Assembly: GCA_965223265.1 (NCBI GenBank)
Contig: OZ244999.1
Location: 2,336,001 to 2,400,000, forward strand
DNA from: Planctomycetota bacterium
GTDB lineage: Bacteria > Planctomycetota > UBA8108 > SXIK01
DNA: 64,000 bases
Direction of reading: 5' to 3'
Shown here: positions 41,401 to 51,364 of the stretch, piece by piece
Position numbering within the stretch: the stretch's first letter is position 1
Layout: each line of letters starts with the position of its first letter
Notes under the pieces: generated by a model
Databases searched by the model: none
The model's input: only the letters and a program-made list of their open reading frames with translations
What the model was told of the DNA's origin: nothing
Translations under genes and position numbers: made by a program

Positions 41401-42795
41401 ATGCTTCTCACCGTAACAAACAGAACACCAGTAGCGACGGATCTGGGATTCCTGCTGCACAAGAATCCCGCCCGGCGTCAGACGTTCAACCTCGCCTACG
41501 GCAAGGCGCACGTGTTCTATCCAGAAGCGTCTGAGTCCCGGTGCACCGCAGCACTGCTTCTGGACGTAGACCCCATCGGGTTGGTGCGGAACCGTCGGGG
41601 ACCCGCTGGGGAAGGGTACACACTCGCCCAGTACGTCAACGACCGCCCCTACGTCGGCTCGTCACTTCTCAGCGTCGCCATCGCGCAGGTTTACGGAACT
41701 GCACTTCAGGGACGCAGCAAACAACGACAGGAACTCGCCGAACAGCCGCTCTCGCTTGCCGCACGGCTTGCCGTTCTTCCCTGTCGAGGTGGCGAGGTGT
41801 TTCTGCGAAAACTCTTTGAGCCGTTGGGCTACGAGGTCAGCGCGAAACGTCATGTACTCGACGAGCAGTTCCCCGACTGGGGAGAGAGTTCTTACTTCAC
41901 GGTGGACATCGAGGGCGAAGTCCGCCTCCAGGACCTTTTGAGCCACCTCTACGTGCTGATCCCGGTTCTCGACAACGACAAGCATTACTTCGTCTCCCAG
42001 GACGAAGTGGAGAAGCTGCTCAAACGCGGCGAAGGGTGGCTGGCATCGCACCCCGCACGCGATGAGATCACGCGGCGATTCTTGAAACACCAGAAGGGGC
42101 TCGCGAGACAAGCCCTTGCGCGGTTGACGGAGGATTCCGACCCGGACGAAACGGACGAAGTTCAAGCGCAGGAAGAAGCAGAAGTCGAGGAGACCATCAG
42201 TCTTAACGAGCAGCGCATGGGGTCGGTGGTAGCAGCCTTGCGAGGATGCGGTGCGAAAACCGTCATCGACTTGGGTTGCGGGGAGGGAAAGCTCCTCCAG
42301 GAGCTGTTCAAGGACCGCTCATTCGAGAAAGTTGTCGGGATGGATGTTTCCATTCGGGCGCTTGAGAAGGCACAAGCCAGACTTCGATGGGATCGTGTGC
42401 CCGACATTCAAAAGAACCGCATCGCTCTCTTCCAGGGCTCCCTGATGTACCGAGACCGAAGGTTGGAAGGATTCGATGCTGCTGCCGTCGTTGAAGTCAT
42501 CGAACATCTCGATCCGCCACGACTGGCTGCGTTCGAGCGCGTGGTCTTCGAGTTTGCCCGTCCCCACGCTGTTGTCGTGACCACACCGAAAGTCGAGTAC
42601 AACGTCAAGTTCGAGACGCTTCCGGCGGGACGATTTCGCCACCGCGACCATCGGTTCGAGTGGACTCGAAGCGAATTCCAGGGCTGGGCAGAAAACGTGG
42701 CGGCTCGGTTCGGATATCGAGCACGGTTTTTCCCGGTCGGAACCGAGCTGGCAGACGTGGGCTCTCCGACTCAGATGGCGGTGTTCGAGCGATGA
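41401..42795 (+). CDS. hen1: 3'-terminal RNA ribose 2'-O-methyltransferase Hen1
   Basis: N-terminal ATDLGFLLHKNP and YVNDRPY (ligase-activating domain), DLGCGEG, EVIEHLD and FRHRDHRFEWTR; ATGA overlap with pnkp. Confidence 0.95.
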   Translation: MLLTVTNRTPVATDLGFLLHKNPARRQTFNLAYGKAHVFYPEASESRCTAALLLDVDPIGLVRNRRGPAGEGYTLAQYVNDRPYVGSSLLSVAIAQVYGTALQGRSKQRQELAEQPLSLAARLAVLPCRGGEVFLRKLFEPLGYEVSAKRHVLDEQFPDWGESSYFTVDIEGEVRLQDLLSHLYVLIPVLDNDKHYFVSQDEVEKLLKRGEGWLASHPARDEITRRFLKHQKGLARQALARLTEDSDPDETDEVQAQEEAEVEETISLNEQRMGSVVAALRGCGAKTVIDLGCGEGKLLQELFKDRSFEKVVGMDVSIRALEKAQARLRWDRVPDIQKNRIALFQGSLMYRDRRLEGFDAAAVVEVIEHLDPPRLAAFERVVFEFARPHAVVVTTPKVEYNVKFETLPAGRFRHRDHRFEWTRSEFQGWAENVAARFGYRARFFPVGTELADVGSPTQMAVFER

Positions 42796-43357
42796 AAGTC
42801 ACGGTACCCGAGCTTTCTCTTGTCGTCCTGATAGGACCTTCGGGTTCAGGGAAGTCCACGTTTGCACGCAAGCATTTCTTGCCGACAGAGGTTCTGGGCT
42901 CGGACTTCTGTCGGGGGCTCATCTCGGACGATGAGAACGATCAAACCGTCACGGATCATGCGTTCGAGCTGTTGCACTTTGTTGCAGCGAAGCGACTCAC
43001 GAAGAAGCGGTTGACGGTAGTCGATGCGACGAATGTCTACCCGGAAGACCGGAAGAAGCTCGTCACTCTCGCTCGTCAGTTTCATGTGCTGCCTGTCGCC
43101 GTCGTCCTGAACTTGCCGGAAAGGCTTTGCCAGCAGCGAAACAAAGAGCGTCCCGATCGTGACTTCGGTCCGCATGTCATCAATCAGCAGCGTCGTGCTC
43201 TCAGGAAGTCCCTCAGAACTCTGAAGAAGGAGGGCTTTCGCCACATCTTCGTCTTCAAGTCCCCGGAGGAAGTTGAGGAAGCCACCGTCGAGCGGGCGAA
43301 GCTATGGACTGACCGGCGTGACGAGCACGGACCATTCGACATCATCGGGGACGTTCA

Positions 43358-44839
43358 CATGCGGCATCGGATAACACGCAAAGCTCTGTAGAGATGAAAC
43401 TTACGGCGCCACATCAACGAAACACCTGACTCAAGAGTGGGCGTCTGTCAGTATGAGGGTCGACAATTTCGTGCAGGAAGGTGTCGACGAGTCCAGCGGC
43501 GAGGCGAGCGTCTCGGGGTGGTCGAACGACGAGGAGTTGAAGCTCCTGAGCATAGTTCGCCAGAAGCTTCCACCAACGCCCTGCAGCGACTCGCTCGGCA
43601 CCGCTGCGGACTCGTGAGACAAGGTGGCGTAGAAGCTCTCGGCTGACGACAAGTGTCAGAATTGCACAGTAGATCATCGCTTCCACCACGTGGGGGCGCC
43701 GGCTCGTCAGCTGGTCCATTCGGTAGCCGGACTTTAGCTCCTTGAAGATGAGTTCGATTTCCCAGCGATAGCGGTAGACGTTGGCGATCTCCTCAGCGAT
43801 GAGATCGTCGTGTTCGACGTTGGTGACGTAGAGGTGATACTGGCCGTCGTCTTCGTTGCGGATGGCGACAAGTCGAAAACGCTCGTGAGCGCGACGCGCC
43901 CGGCCTCTGTGCTTGCGCGTTGCAAACGAGGCTTCGATCTCAACGTCGAGAGTTTCTCTTTTCAATCGAGGTAGGACGTCTTGAAGTCTCTCCCCCACGA
44001 GGGGGATCGAGTTGCCGCGAACACTGCGATGGATTTTGGTAATTGTCGGGTTGGCGTGTTGCTTCAATCGAGTCAGGAAGAAGCCACCGTTTTGCCTGAT
44101 GCGATGGAAGAGCTGCCACTTGAAGTAGCCGAGATCGAAGAGAAGAAGACGGTCTCGAACCCACGGACCTGTGCGAAGCTTTCGCAGGTCCGCACTTCGC
44201 TCCGAAGTGAGAGCGACAGTCGAGCCTCCTTTGCCGCGCACACTGAGGACTGCATGAAGTTTCGCCGCAGCCGGCGCTGAGTTCGTTCGGCACCCTGGGA
44301 ACGATCCGCTGAGCTTTTCGTGAAGCTTCATCACTGTGGAGTCAACGATGATCAAGTCCGTAAACTTTCCTACGCGCTCCTCGATTTCAGTCCACGATGC
44401 CTGAAAGGTTGCCAACGATCGCTTCACCGCAGCTTTCAGAAAGCGCACAAGACTGGCGTCGAAACGATCGTAGAACGAGGACGGAACAACGGTCGACGAC
44501 GTCGAGCGTTCGTAGGCTCGACGCAGCGCAGAGATCGTCCGCTCCGATCCAACCCCAAAGCCCAGGACTAGCGTCCAAAAGAACGGAACCGCCTTGATCT
44601 TTCGCTCGCGGATCACAAAACCACTCGCTCGAGACTCATCGCGGATCAACTTGTCGGGAAAGAGGCTCTTGAGACAGGATCGTAGTTCGATACACTTCCT
44701 TGTGGCCATGATCTCTTCACTCCGTTTCTGTGGTTAGTCACGAAGTGTCCGAGATTTTGGCCTCTTTTTCTATACACTCGCGGCGCTCGTGTCGTAAGCG
44801 ATGACTGCGATGGAGTTTACGGCTAACCGATCACGCATG
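43358..44839 (-). mobile_element. IS4-family insertion sequence (1482 bp)
   Basis: Imperfect TIRs CATGCGGCATCGGATA / CATGCGTGATCGGTTA; 10-bp TSD GGGACGTTCA (43348-43357 and 44840-44849). Confidence 0.93.
43414..44709 (-). CDS. IS4-family DDE transposase
   Basis: IVDST, LFDLGYF and YRYRWEIELIFKELK. Confidence 0.93.
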   Translation of the reverse strand: MATRKCIELRSCLKSLFPDKLIRDESRASGFVIRERKIKAVPFFWTLVLGFGVGSERTISALRRAYERSTSSTVVPSSFYDRFDASLVRFLKAAVKRSLATFQASWTEIEERVGKFTDLIIVDSTVMKLHEKLSGSFPGCRTNSAPAAAKLHAVLSVRGKGGSTVALTSERSADLRKLRTGPWVRDRLLLFDLGYFKWQLFHRIRQNGGFFLTRLKQHANPTITKIHRSVRGNSIPLVGERLQDVLPRLKRETLDVEIEASFATRKHRGRARRAHERFRLVAIRNEDDGQYHLYVTNVEHDDLIAEEIANVYRYRWEIELIFKELKSGYRMDQLTSRRPHVVEAMIYCAILTLVVSRELLRHLVSRVRSGAERVAAGRWWKLLANYAQELQLLVVRPPRDARLAAGLVDTFLHEIVDPHTDRRPLLSQVFR

Positions 44840-46878
44840 GGGACGTTCACGGGTGCTACGACGAACTGGAGGAATTGCTCAGCACGCTCGGTTATAGCGC
44901 GACCGACCGTGAACCGGCGAATCCGCTGGAATCATCGCGAGTCTACAGGCATCCCGAAGGACGGAAGCTCGTCTTCGTGGGCGACCTCGTGGATCGGGGA
45001 CCTCGAAGCCTCGATACATTGAGGCTTGCGTACACGATGGTGAAGGAGAGCCTGGCGATCTGCGTCCCGGGGAACCATGACATCAAGCTCTTGCGAAAGC
45101 TCCGGGGAAAGAATGTTCAGATCACGCACGGGCTTGCGGAAACGTTGGCTGAGCTGGAATCCCTGCCCACGGAGACCCGTCCAGCATTCGAGGACGAGGC
45201 AATTCGCTTCATCGATGGACTCGTGAGTCACTTTCTGCTGGATGACGGCAAGCTTGTCGTTGCCCACGCTGGGATGCGGGAAGACATGCAGGGGCGAGCC
45301 TCCGGGAAAATACGGGAGTTTGCCTTGTTCGGTGAGACAACCGGCGAGACGGACGAATTTGGGTTGCCCGTGCGCCACGACTGGGCGTCGGAGTACCGAG
45401 GAAACGCGACGGTCGTTTACGGTCACACTCCAATTCCCGAGGCGGAGTGGCTGAACCGAACGATCAACATCGACACCGGTTGCGTGTTCGGCGGGAAGCT
45501 GACCGCGCTTCGCTACCCGGAGAAGGAACTCGTTTCTGTCGATGCGCGTCAGACCTACGCCGAGTCGCGCCGTCCATTTCTTCCCGAGGAGGAGCAGGCT
45601 CCGAAGCTCTCCGCACAGCATCAGCACGACGACGTTCTCTACGTCGAAGACGTGAGCGGGAAGCGTCAGGTCCACACCCGGCTGCGCAAAGCGGTCACGA
45701 TCCGTGAGGAGAACGCCATCGCGGCGCTGGAGGTCATGACCCGCTTCGCTGCAAATCCGAAGTGGCTGATTTACCTGCCGCCCACGATGTCTCCATCGGA
45801 AACCAGCAAGGAAGAGGGGCTACTGGAACACCCGCAGGAGGCGTTTAGCTTCTACCGAGGTCGCGGAGTACCCAAGGTCGTCTGCGAGGAAAAGCACATG
45901 GGCTCGCGGGCGGTCGTGATCGTCTGCAAGGACGAGGGCGTCGCTCGCGAACGATTCGGCGTCGAGGGGGACGGGGCGGGGATCTGCTACACGAGAACTG
46001 GACGACGATTCTTCAATGACCGGGTGCTCGAATCTGAGTTCATCGATCGCGTGAAACGTGCGTTCGATGAGTCCGAGATGTGGAGCGAGTTGGGCTCGGA
46101 TTGGGCTTGCCTCGATTGCGAGTTGATGCCGTGGTCCGCGAAAGCTCAGGAATTGCTTCAGCACCAGTACGCGGCTGTCGGTGCGTCAGCGAAGGCTGCA
46201 CTGGCGGAAGTCCTTCCCGCTCTTCGAGGTGCCGTAGAACGCGATCGCGAGATTCAGGAGCTTGTTGACCACTACTCGCATCGAGCGGAACTCGTCACAC
46301 AGTACACGCAGGCATACCGACAGTATTGTTGGTCAGTGTCCAGCGTCGATGACCTGAAGCTCGCCCCTTTCCACATCCTCGCGACCGAAGGCTCGACGCA
46401 CGTAGACAAAGACCACGTGTGGCACATGGAGACGATCAAGCGATTCTGCAGAGTCGATGAGAGCCTACTCCTTTCGACGCCGTACCTTGTCGTCGATTTG
46501 ATGGACCGCGCGAGCGAAGAGGCGGGAATCCGGTGGTGGGAGAAGCTGACCGGCGATGGCGGCGAGGGGATGGTCGTCAAGCCTCTCGATTTCGTCGCAG
46601 TCGGGAAGCGCGGATTGATGCAACCGGCAGTGAAGTGCCGGGGTAAGGAGTACCTGCGGATCATTTACGGACCGGAGTACACAGTCCCGGAGCATTTGGA
46701 GCGTCTTCGAGGACGGGGGCTGTCAGCAAAGCGGTCGTTGGCGCTTCGAGAGTTTGCCCTGGGCGTAGAGTCTCTTGAACGGTTCGTTCGGAAGGAGCCG
46801 CTTCGCCGCGTCCATGAGTGCGTGTTCGGAGTACTCGCATTGGAGAGTGAGCCGGTCGATCCGCGTCTTTGACCGGAG

Positions 46879-46962
46879 GTGTCGATTGGAAACGGAGATC
46901 GCCAGTTACTTCCGCGAACTGGGGCAGTTAAAGCGCGTGAAACGTTCGGGCTGGTGGCTCGA
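46879..46962 (+). pseudogene. N-terminal fragment of an HD-domain (YfbR/HDDC2-like) protein
   Basis: GGAGG RBS after the pnkp stop; ETEIASYFRELGQLKRVKRSGWW matches the LK...R.GW start of this family; truncated. Confidence 0.6.
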
Positions 46963-46969
46963 GCACGCT

Positions 46970-47165
46970 GAATGGCTACCGGGACAACTAACGCTTCTAC
47001 AACAAGTTCTTCGGCAAGGATCTGGGTCACGAGATTACGGTCGAGAAGATCGAACGTTTTGTGGACTACTTCCGAGAGCCGGCAAGATTCCCGGCGATCG
47101 TGGAACGACTCACGAAGGAGTGGCAGGCTAACTACCCCAAACGGAAGGTACCGGCGGTACACTTA
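46970..47165 (+). pseudogene. Second probable integrase fragment
   Basis: FFGKDLGHEITVEKIERFVDYFREPARFPAIVERLTKEWQ is homologous to 40349-40547; an in-frame stop lies upstream. Confidence 0.55.
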
Positions 47166-47168
47166 CCA

Positions 47169-47436
47169 ATGGGAAAGCGATCGGAGTTGAACGCCGCGAA
47201 ACGACGTGAGGTGGTGCTGGCGTTGATCAAGAGAGAAGAGCCCGCAAGTTGGCTCGAAGGTATGAAATCTCGGAGCGACGCTGTATCGCTGGCGGGACGA
47301 GTTCCTCTCGGCCGGGGAGGCGGCGCTGTCGCCGAAGAAGACCGAGAAGGGAGACCTTCAACGACGAAAGATCGAGCAGCTGGAACGTGAGCTCGCTCAG
47401 CGTGACCAGGTCATCGGCGAGCTCACCATCGTCAGC
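47169..47436 (+). pseudogene. Degenerate transposase OrfA-like HTH fragment (IS3-like)
   Basis: Across two frameshifts it reads KRREVVLAL..ARRYEISE.TLYRWRDEFL..GEAAL..IEQLERELAQRDQVIGELTI. Confidence 0.65.
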
Positions 47437-47463
47437 TTGGACGGCAAACTCCTCCAGCTCTTT

Positions 47464-48384
47464 CTACAGCCCATACTCGGTCCCGTTCGGCATCCAGTCG
47501 CGACTGATGAACCCCTTGCTGTAGACGCGGGCTGCCCGGCCATCATCGAATACGACCGCGACAGGGGAAAAACGGTAAAAGGGACTGATCTCCAGGCGCT
47601 CGTCGGGCGCATCGCCGTACAACTTCTTCGCGAAGATCGAAATCGACAGCCCGGAAGTGATCGCTTCGTTGTGCGCCGGTTTGCCGAGCAGAGCATTCAC
47701 CTCGGCTATGGACATTCCAAGTTCGATTCGGAGGCCATCAAACTGGCGCAACAGTTCGAGGTTTCGCTCGAAGCCTCTCTTGATCCGAGCCTTGTATCCC
47801 GTCAAGGTCATCAACGGCTCGAAGATGAAGAGGGGAATCTGGGGCCCAGACTTCGGTCTCGGCTGCGAGTACCTGTCGATGACTGCGCCGATCTCCCTCC
47901 GTGACTGTCCCGGCAACGACAGGATTTCGTCGATTCGACTCTCGTCCTCTACGCGCCACGTCTTTGGTCGGCTTGCCGTGGTACCCCGGTAAGGGTAACT
48001 CTCCAAACTCTTCGGAAGCGAGCGGAGGATCCTCAGGAGCGAATCATCTTTGAAGAGGCCGTAGAAGGCGATCCCAGATTCGGTCTCTGGCCGGTTCCTG
48101 ATGAAGTACGTCGTGAGCAGGTAGGTGCTGCCGTCCTTTTGGTAGGTGAACAAGTGTCGCCCTGCCGTTCCAAGCAGGTCAATCGTCTCTCGTCGCGTCA
48201 CACCGGGGCGGAGGTCCAGAAAACCGGACGGCTCGACGAGAACGTGTCCAGTCATCTCCTCGAACGCCGTTTGGTCCCTGCTCTTCTCCTCGCGAGGCTC
48301 GGTGTTCTGGCAGCCAATCAGCACCAGCCCGCTGAAGGCCAAGGCGATTCCCTTCAGCCATCCGGTCCGCGGCTTGTTGTCCAT
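47464..48384 (-). CDS. Hypothetical lipoprotein
   Basis: Lipobox LIGC; two BamE/SmpA-like motifs (PGVTRRETIDLLG and LGMSIAEVNALLGKP). Confidence 0.65.
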   Translation of the reverse strand: MDNKPRTGWLKGIALAFSGLVLIGCQNTEPREEKSRDQTAFEEMTGHVLVEPSGFLDLRPGVTRRETIDLLGTAGRHLFTYQKDGSTYLLTTYFIRNRPETESGIAFYGLFKDDSLLRILRSLPKSLESYPYRGTTASRPKTWRVEDESRIDEILSLPGQSRREIGAVIDRYSQPRPKSGPQIPLFIFEPLMTLTGYKARIKRGFERNLELLRQFDGLRIELGMSIAEVNALLGKPAHNEAITSGLSISIFAKKLYGDAPDERLEISPFYRFSPVAVVFDDGRAARVYSKGFISRDWMPNGTEYGL

Positions 48385-48535
48385 GCCGCCATCGTAGCCC
48401 GATCGGGCGCGAGTGCTACGGAGGAAACGCGGTCTCAGTGACGGACGCGACACCACCGTATGTTCTTGAAGCGGTGTCGTTCGGCGATGACATGCGTCTC
48501 CATCTGGCACCGTGGCCGGTTCTGAGGCCAAGATG

Positions 48536-48572
48536 AAAAAAAGCCCCTACGACTCGTCGTCGTAAGGGCTTC
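48536..48572 (-). terminator. Intrinsic terminator downstream of tRNA-Asp
   Basis: AAGCCC.TACGAC...GTCGTA.GGGCTT hairpin followed by a T7 run on the minus strand. Confidence 0.8.
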
Positions 48573-48580
48573 TGAATACT

Positions 48581-48657
<77 letters not shown>

Positions 48658-48689
48658 TCAACTGAGCCAGTCGGGTATATCATCGTTCG

Positions 48690-49427
48690 TCAGGATGTCA
48701 AGCCGGTTTTGCCGCTGAGGTGGGCTCCCGCCAGGCGGTAGCGCTGGCTGTCCCAGTCAAAGTGGATGTTCAGATATTTTCTCAGCGTCGTGGACACGCG
48801 CTGGGACAACTCGTCCGGGCTCAGGTCGGTCTGGTAGCCCGAGATCAGCACGCGGCTGGTAATCTCCGACACCTTGAGCGGCGTCGGCGACTTGTCCAGC
48901 ACATCGATGATGTAGTCCTTCAGCCTGGTCTTGTTCTTCGGCAAAATCGCCTGGGTCTCTTCTGTGAGCGTGTACTTCTTGCCTTCCTTGCGAAACGCCT
49001 CGTACTTCTTCAGTGCCTGGAACACCGTGTTGTAGAAGGACCGCTGGCTCGTCGAGTTCGACTGGTACCCTGCGTCTGGCAGTCGCCTTTGAATCTCCGA
49101 CGGTGACAGGGGTTCGCTAGCGTCGTGCAGCACCTGCGCGATGTAGTCTTTGAGGTTCTTCTTGCGACGACCGGCGAGGTAGTTCACTTCGGCCTTCTCG
49201 GCCGGCTTCTCTGGCGCGATCTCGGTCGTCGGCGTCTCGCTGCCATGCGTCTGCCGCTTTTCTATCGCGTCGATCGCATCCTCTACCGTTCTCAGCTCAA
49301 GCCTCAGCCGATCCCGCTCGCGGAGCAACTCGCCAAGCTCTGCGTTCTTTTTCTTGATCTCGAGCAGCTGCTCAAGATCCCTTATCGTCAGTTCTTCAAT
49401 GACGGTCTTTGGTACTTTCGACAACAT
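48690..49427 (-). CDS. Coiled-coil plus tandem winged-helix putative DNA-binding protein
   Basis: N-terminal heptad region and two repeats of LKDYI..VL..(A/S)..PL...EI..R....GYQ. Confidence 0.7.
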   Translation of the reverse strand: MLSKVPKTVIEELTIRDLEQLLEIKKKNAELGELLRERDRLRLELRTVEDAIDAIEKRQTHGSETPTTEIAPEKPAEKAEVNYLAGRRKKNLKDYIAQVLHDASEPLSPSEIQRRLPDAGYQSNSTSQRSFYNTVFQALKKYEAFRKEGKKYTLTEETQAILPKNKTRLKDYIIDVLDKSPTPLKVSEITSRVLISGYQTDLSPDELSQRVSTTLRKYLNIHFDWDSQRYRLAGAHLSGKTGLTS

Positions 49428-49948
49428 GTCGGACCCCTCGTGCGCGCAGGGCACGCTTGGATGTCTGGCGCGAGTGCACCAGCTCCTCTGACGAAGTCGA
49501 TCAGCCGACCGATCAAGACGTTCACTCGTCGTGTTGGACACGACGGAGATTCGATCGCCAGCTGCAAGAATCCTTCAGGCGGGCTCTGGCGCGCTTACGC
49601 CGTTCACTTCACGCAGACTGTAGATAGAATTGCGTAGCTACAGTCGCCACTTCTTTCCATAACGCTCTCTTCACGAGCAGTTCGAGTCGTTGCCATCGAG
49701 CCGCGATGCGTCAGACGGAGAGCTTCAGACTGAAGATCGTACTCTCAGCACTCCGCCAGTCACGCCGCGCTCATCACGCTGGGCGACGGTCGCCTTGCGA
49801 CTGCTCCTGCCACCATGGATTGGCCAAACGCTATGCGTTCCCGGCATACTTGGCCAAACCACCTTTGACCGGAGCTACGGATCGATGGACCACCAGGGGA
49901 GATTCTTTTCTCGCAGGAGGCGCGCGTTTGACCCAATCCCCCCGCGGG

Positions 49949-51364
49949 CTATACGGCGCCGTAGACACTTCCTTTCGGAGGCATTGTAACTTGAGGTCGT
50001 GACCGATCCAGTGGATTTCCATCTTTTTCCGGCAACGTAGCGTTTGTCCCGGTGGGGATGGCGCTCTTGAACGACCACTCGAGGCCCTGCAGGGCCTCGC
50101 CCAGATGGTGGTAGAGAACTGGATCGAACAGCCCCCGCTCTGTTGCCCGCCCCAGTCGTGCCCACGCGTCGTCAAAGGGCATCGCAGCGCGATGGGATCG
50201 CGGCGAGATCATCGTGCAAAGGCTATCCACGATCGCCATCAGTCGCGCCATCTGTGGCACCTCAGCGCCGCGTTTGCCGGCTGGGTAGCCGCTGCCGTCG
50301 TGTCGTTCGTGGTGGTCTTGCGCGCAGTGGGCGACATCCGCGCTCCAGGACTGAGTCGCTGTGATCAGGGCGCATCCGATCCGAGTGTGACCGTGAAGGT
50401 GGTGATGGTCGCTTTCACTGAGAATGTCCGGCCGACGCAGGGCTGCCTCGCGAACGAACGGCATGCCGATGTCGTGAAGCAAACCTCCGAGGACGAACAC
50501 CCTACGCGCCGGGTCGCTATAGCCAAGTCGATTGGAAATCCGGTGGCAAACCGAGGCGACGAGTACTGAGTGGGCCGCGGTTGGATCCGATGCGCCTCCA
50601 CAGGGAACCAGAAAGCGTAGATCAGCGTTCGGATTCTCCACAAGAAACTCTGTCAGCGAGTCCACCAGAGCCTCGACGCGGTCGACCAGCAGAATGCGCC
50701 TCTCCAGAGCTTCCTGAAAAAGTGCTTCAGTGCGGCGGAGCAGGTTCGTGGCGATTTGATTGTGTGCCGCGGTGAGCGATCGCGAGCTTTGACGCTCACG
50801 CGCGCGGCGGGGAGGGCGACTCGACGTCGATGGTCCCATCCTAGCGGACTGCCGGCGGGGAGGCGCTTCTCCGGCAGGCTCGGCGACGACAGGCGGCACT
50901 GGCTTCGAGTCGCCACTCTTCAGCTGATCGGAGCTGGCGGCATCAGCCTGCTGCGCCTGCGCCGTTGGGCTCTCGTCGTCTTCCTGGCGAGAGACATGAT
51001 AGAGCGTGTGAAGCGCTTGTTCGCGTACTGCAGAGCTGAGCGGTCTGCGAACGACCGACTCAGAGAGGTAACATCGAATCGCTTCTGTGTCACTCAGTTG
51101 CATGACAATCGCTGGGATCCTTTCGAGCCCAAGCCGCTGCGCGGCAAGGAGGCGTCGGTAGCCGCAGACCACCTCGAGCCCCGTCGACTTTTCACGCATC
51201 AGGAGTGGGGAGAGGATGCCATGAAGTGTGATCGAGGCAGCGAGATCCGTCACGCTGCTCTCTTCGCGATCCGGAAATGGCTTCTCGAGGATCGGCTGAT
51301 GTCCGTGTTCTCCTGCCTTGGCGTCGAGATGGATCCATCTCAGTTTGTCTTTTCGTGCCTTCAT
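49949..51364 (-). CDS. ParB/Srx-like N-terminal domain fused to an HD-GYP phosphodiesterase domain
   Basis: LAASITLHGILSPLL..VVCGYRRLLAAQRLGLERIP (ParB_N); LLHDIG, HHERHDGSGYP and ARLMAIVD (HD-GYP); ATGA overlap with the upstream gene. Confidence 0.85.
   Translation of the reverse strand: MKARKDKLRWIHLDAKAGEHGHQPILEKPFPDREESSVTDLAASITLHGILSPLLMREKSTGLEVVCGYRRLLAAQRLGLERIPAIVMQLSDTEAIRCYLSESVVRRPLSSAVREQALHTLYHVSRQEDDESPTAQAQQADAASSDQLKSGDSKPVPPVVAEPAGEAPPRRQSARMGPSTSSRPPRRARERQSSRSLTAAHNQIATNLLRRTEALFQEALERRILLVDRVEALVDSLTEFLVENPNADLRFLVPCGGASDPTAAHSVLVASVCHRISNRLGYSDPARRVFVLGGLLHDIGMPFVREAALRRPDILSESDHHHLHGHTRIGCALITATQSWSADVAHCAQDHHERHDGSGYPAGKRGAEVPQMARLMAIVDSLCTMISPRSHRAAMPFDDAWARLGRATERGLFDPVLYHHLGEALQGLEWSFKSAIPTGTNATLPEKDGNPLDRSRPQVTMPPKGSVYGAV

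Larger units (their letters stand above)
42792..46872 (+). pseudogene. pnkp: Bacterial polynucleotide kinase-phosphatase-ligase Pnkp, interrupted by IS4
   Basis: GPSGSGKST P-loop; GDVHG/GDLVDRG/GNHD metallophosphatase; EEKHMGSR ligase motif I; ESEPVDPRL end. 42792-43357 plus 44850-46872 rejoin in frame (862 aa). Confidence 0.93.

Noticed and set aside
35900-48580. Duplicated tRNA-Asp 3' end (att site) marking the far island boundary
   Set aside because: No second copy of the tRNA 3' sequence was seen in the window.
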